Shown: piece by piece, positions 60,598-64,000 of the stretch
Numbering within the stretch: position 1 is the first letter of the stretch
Layout of the letters: the number at the start of each line of letters is the position of its first letter
DNA from: Podarcis tiliguerta
Lineage: Eukaryota
Assembly (NCBI GenBank): GCA_965153285.1
Contig: OZ229112.1
Reading direction: 5' to 3' (one strand)
Length of the DNA: 64,000 nt
Translations under genes and position numbers: made by a program
The notes under the pieces: model-generated
What the model was told of the DNA's origin: nothing
The model's input: only the letters and a program-made list of their open reading frames with translations
Database searches by the model: none

Positions 60598-60697
60598 TAT
60601 GTGGCATTGCTCATTTGCCAGCAATTAAGAGATTAATTATGTTACAAACTGGAGGGACTATGACTTGCAATCGGCAGCCACACATTATTTACAGTAC

Positions 60698-60734
60698 CTT
60701 TGCATTTGTATCCTTGCTTGATTATACCCCACAG
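60698..60734 (-). CDS. RASGRP3: RASGRP3 37-nt exon, middle of the C1 domain (LWGIIKQGYKCK)
   Basis: ttaattgcag acceptor, AAG|gtactg donor; DAG-binding C1 signature LWG..KQG..C. Confidence 0.93.
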
Positions 60735-61183
60735 CTGCAATTAAAAGACAAAAGGTATCAAAAGGTATAAAAAAGAAAGCCGGAAAGAAAACAACCTCAT
60801 TATGAAGGCAGGAACAAAAGGCTACAAAAGTGCAAACAGGAAATTACTGCTCTCAACACCCTTCCTGTTAGAAAGAGCTCTCCATTCATCTGTGAGGCTC
60901 AAGGCAGCAGACTGGCCCTCGCCATTTCCAGGACCAACAAGTGAGGCAGCCCAGGAGAACTGACTCAGCAGATCACCATAAGGGCTCTGGGCTGGATACA
61001 CAATCCTGCACACTCTCAGTGTGGTCTGGAAAGTGGTGTATAAAATACTGCATTTTTATGTGGTTTCCCCACCAAACCATTTTTGATTCAAATTGAGAAA
61101 AAGAATACCCTCGCTACGTTTTAAGCTGTTAACATATAGACACAGTTTATTTCTACATTTTTAATTCATTCAATTTTGGCATA

Positions 61184-61370
61184 CAGTCGAACCTCTGTTT
61201 ATGTAACCCTTTGGTTACATAAACCTTGGGACGCACGCGCGGCAAACCCAGAAGTTTTTTACCAGGTTTCGCCACACATGCATGCGCAGAAGCGGTCCTC
61301 AGGTTGCGGAAATCTCGGGATCCAACCGGACCTCTGGAACGGATCCCGTCTGCAACCGGAGGTACCACTG
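61184..61370. mobile_element. Tigger-like MITE, family B variant (inverted relative to 13737)
   Basis: TA|cagtcgaacctc ... gaggtaccactg|TA. Confidence 0.78.
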
Positions 61371-61439
61371 TATTGGGATTAAAAAACGTTGAGATTTTTT
61401 AAAAAACAGCAGTTAAGTTGCAATTTTGTGCACTAATAT

Positions 61440-62087
61440 TGAGGAACTTCCAGCCCACAGTCCAAATTAGGCCTCACAAGCATCCCAATTTGTCCCATGA
61501 GGCCAGTTTCTTCAAACCATACCCACCTGCCCTGCACCTGGCATCTTATGTGACCTCAGGTGAGGGGCAGGTAGAGTGCTACTGCCAATGCATAACTGGG
61601 AGCCCTAAAGGGAGCCTTAAAGGGCATTGACAAGGGAGACTTCCTGTCACAACCAATCAGCTGATTGACAGCAACAGCAAACCAGCAGAAATCAGCTGCA
61701 CTACTGAGTTTCTCATAGGAACTCAGTAGTGCTGCTGACCCGTGCAGAAAAGCAGGGCTTGAACTGAGTGCCTACCAGCAGACAGGCATTTGATTCAAGC
61801 TCACTGGGATCAGCCTTGCTACTTGCGGTTGACCCCTGCAGAAAAGTGGAGCTTGAACTGAGTGCCCTGTTAGCTGATGGGTGCTCAGTTCAAGCCCTGC
61901 TATGATGCAGGAGCCAACTGCAAATAGACCCGGTCAGCTGATTGGTACCTCAAAGCACCAGGGGACTTGAAAGCACCTCATCACCTGATGTCACTGTAAG
62001 GTCAGGTAAGTAGCAGGTGGGTGGTTCTGCCCACCTGACAAATTTGACCCATTTCATACAATGGCCGGATTTGATTCCCCCCCTCTG
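61440..62087. mobile_element. Probable degraded non-autonomous DNA transposon with internal inverted repeats
   Basis: gcagggcttgaactgagtgcc vs gggtgctcagttcaagccctgc; tcaggtga vs tcacctga. Boundaries approximate. Confidence 0.45.
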
Positions 62088-62571
62088 CTATGCACATTTG
62101 CCTGGGCACCGAGTCCCATGAGCTCGGTGGGACATATTTCCGAGTAGGCATGTATGAGACAGACAGAGGAAGCGCTGTACTATAGGTCAGAGTGCAAAAA
62201 TGCATGCAAATGCCCCAAGTCCAATCCCTGATATCTCCAGAGAGGACCTGGAAATATTCCTGTCTGAAGCCCTGAGCTAGATAGGCTCATGTTCTGACTC
62301 AGTGGAAGGTAGTTTCCTGTGTTCCTAGGACTGCACCGTAGGGCTCAATTTCAGACTCCAGTGCCTTCAGTTACAGTCATCCTCGCTTTTGATACCATTC
62401 TCATATGGTCTATTTAGACGCTCCTTCAAAACAAATGTGTGCGCGGTTGATGTTTTTTACATTTATTCAAGCCATTGAAACAGAGCAGGATAAAAAGTGT
62501 ATTATAAAAACTGAAGAAACAAACATGTTTTAGCCCACAAGTACATTAGAACTGAACTAATCCATACTTAC

Positions 62572-62719
62572 AAATCCAGCACAATGCTCACAGAACGTTG
62601 GCTTAAGATAGGTCATCTCCTGAAAGTTATGTATAAAACCTGGTCCCATTTTACACTGCAGCTGTGATTTGGCCCTCAGAAAATATGCCATCATTTCTCC
62701 TTTGCTGATAAGGCCATCC
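62572..62719 (-). CDS. RASGRP3: RASGRP3 exon, EF-hand 2 and start of C1 ([19 protein letters not shown]...[20 protein letters not shown])
   Basis: ttttcaaacag acceptor, TTT|gtaagt donor; phase 2 to 0. Confidence 0.95.
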
Positions 62720-63700
62720 CTGTTTGAAAAGAAAAAAGGGGGGAGGAGGTGGAGAGATCTGTTAGTTCTAAACCACAGATCGGGTTAACTCCAACTCCCA
62801 TTATCCCTGGCTGGCTATTATCCCAGGTTGGCTAGGGCTTATGGGAGTTGGAGTCCAACGACGTCTGGAGGGGACCTCATTGGCAGCCCCTGCAACAGAT
62901 AAACAGAGCACCCTGTCCCTTCTCCATGGGCATAGTCTCTCTTGTTTTAGAAAATGATACTGAACAACAAAACTTTTCACCTGCAGTCCTCATAGCGACT
63001 GATCAATGAGTGATCGGTTCCATGTAACTTATGTATGATGCAGAGTTTCATGAAATATTCAGCGGGTTATAGCCAATGCTGCGCAAATAGACTTTCACGA
63101 GCACAATGGGACTTTCTTTTCACTCCTGCAGTCCCTCAATCTACTCCACAGGGTTCCCAAATTCTTCCCGGCGGTAAAAAAGGAAGGGAAAGTCCACTCG
63201 TATGAGTGGAAATCTGTTCCACTTGGAATGGTAGGGTAGGATACAACCCAGGTTTAATAACAGGCATTCTGCGAGTATTGCTCATCCTTTTTCCTTTCTA
63301 TTTATGGTAAGTTCTACCTATGTGACCACAATCCCTTAAGCACTTCTGATTCACCTATGTGCATCAGAACCTGAGTTTGGACCCTGAACTAAACAGCTTA
63401 CACTGTGTGGTCACTCTCACATGTAAAATGGGAATATTAATCACTCGTTCCATGGGCTGTTTAGATTCTGAGTGAGAGAAGGAAACGCCAACACCCACCT
63501 GGTCATTCTGGATATGGCTGGGTATAAATTAAAACAAATTTAAGTAATTTCTATTTGTTTCTTGACACTTCTAAATTAAGGCTTCAATTCTATGCACACT
63601 TATTTGATAGTAATCTCCACTGAACACAGTAGGGAGCCACCTCTGAGTAAACTTGCAGAAGGTTGCACTGCAAAACCATAACAGGAGCAAGACCACTTAC

Positions 63701-63816
63701 TGATCTTTGTCTAATACGCAGAACGAATCCAGGAAAGGGAAATTAGCTGCAATGCTTTCAAAGTCTTCTTGAGAGATGTAGCCATCATGGTCGTGGTCAT
63801 AGTTCCTAAAAACAGA
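63701..63816 (-). CDS. RASGRP3: RASGRP3 exon, EF-hand 1 ([39 protein letters not shown]); gene continues past the right edge
   Basis: catttttcag acceptor, TCA|gtaagt donor; canonical EF loop [12 protein letters not shown]. Confidence 0.95.
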
Positions 63817-64000
63817 CTGAAAAATGCAAGAAAATTATACAGTGGAAAGTAAAGAGCAATAGATTATGACAACATAATTTCCTTTAAAATCAAAGCCAAG
63901 TATAATGATAGCAACCATTAAATGAAGAACATTACTGAAGGTCAGGTACTATATGCCCAATATCTTAAAGCAAAAACCAGCTTCTAACAACTGATTCATA

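Noticed and set aside
60822-61013. Minus-strand ORF inside RASGRP3 as a possible extra exon
   Set aside because: The flanking exons already join in phase into an intact C1 domain, and the peptide is not RASGRP-like.

Overview
Eukaryotic, intron-rich vertebrate DNA, not prokaryotic. The repeats (a full-length Sauria-type SINE, tRNA-Lys/CR1-tail SINEs, CR1 fragments, many Tc1/mariner-pogo and hAT MITEs) point to a squamate, probably a lacertid lizard. Four protein-coding genes were rebuilt by hand with phase-consistent GT-AG junctions. (1) ABCC10/MRP7, minus strand: the first 6 coding exons (ATG 5492 to the NBD1 Walker A exon); the gene runs off the left edge. (2) ZNF318, plus strand: complete, 10 coding exons, 10429-31226, about 2664 aa, two matrin-type zinc fingers. 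(3) FAM98A, plus strand: complete, 8 coding exons, 39409-50502, about 554 aa, RGG-rich tail. (4) RASGRP3, minus strand: the last 6 coding exons (EF-hands, C1 domain, TQT motif, stop at 55402); the gene runs off the right edge. I found no convincing novel multi-gene system. The best leads are: a hierarchical 354-nt coding repeat in the last ZNF318 exon; a candidate alternative last exon that would make ZNF318 without zinc fingers; a chain of minus-strand non-coding exons that could link ABCC10 to the ZNF318 CpG-island promoter; a synteny junction between gene blocks that sit at human 6p21 and 2p22; a MITE with a perfect pre-miRNA-sized hairpin; and a stop-free alternative frame over the FAM98A RGG exon. 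All ortholog and repeat-family comparisons are from memory, not from searches.
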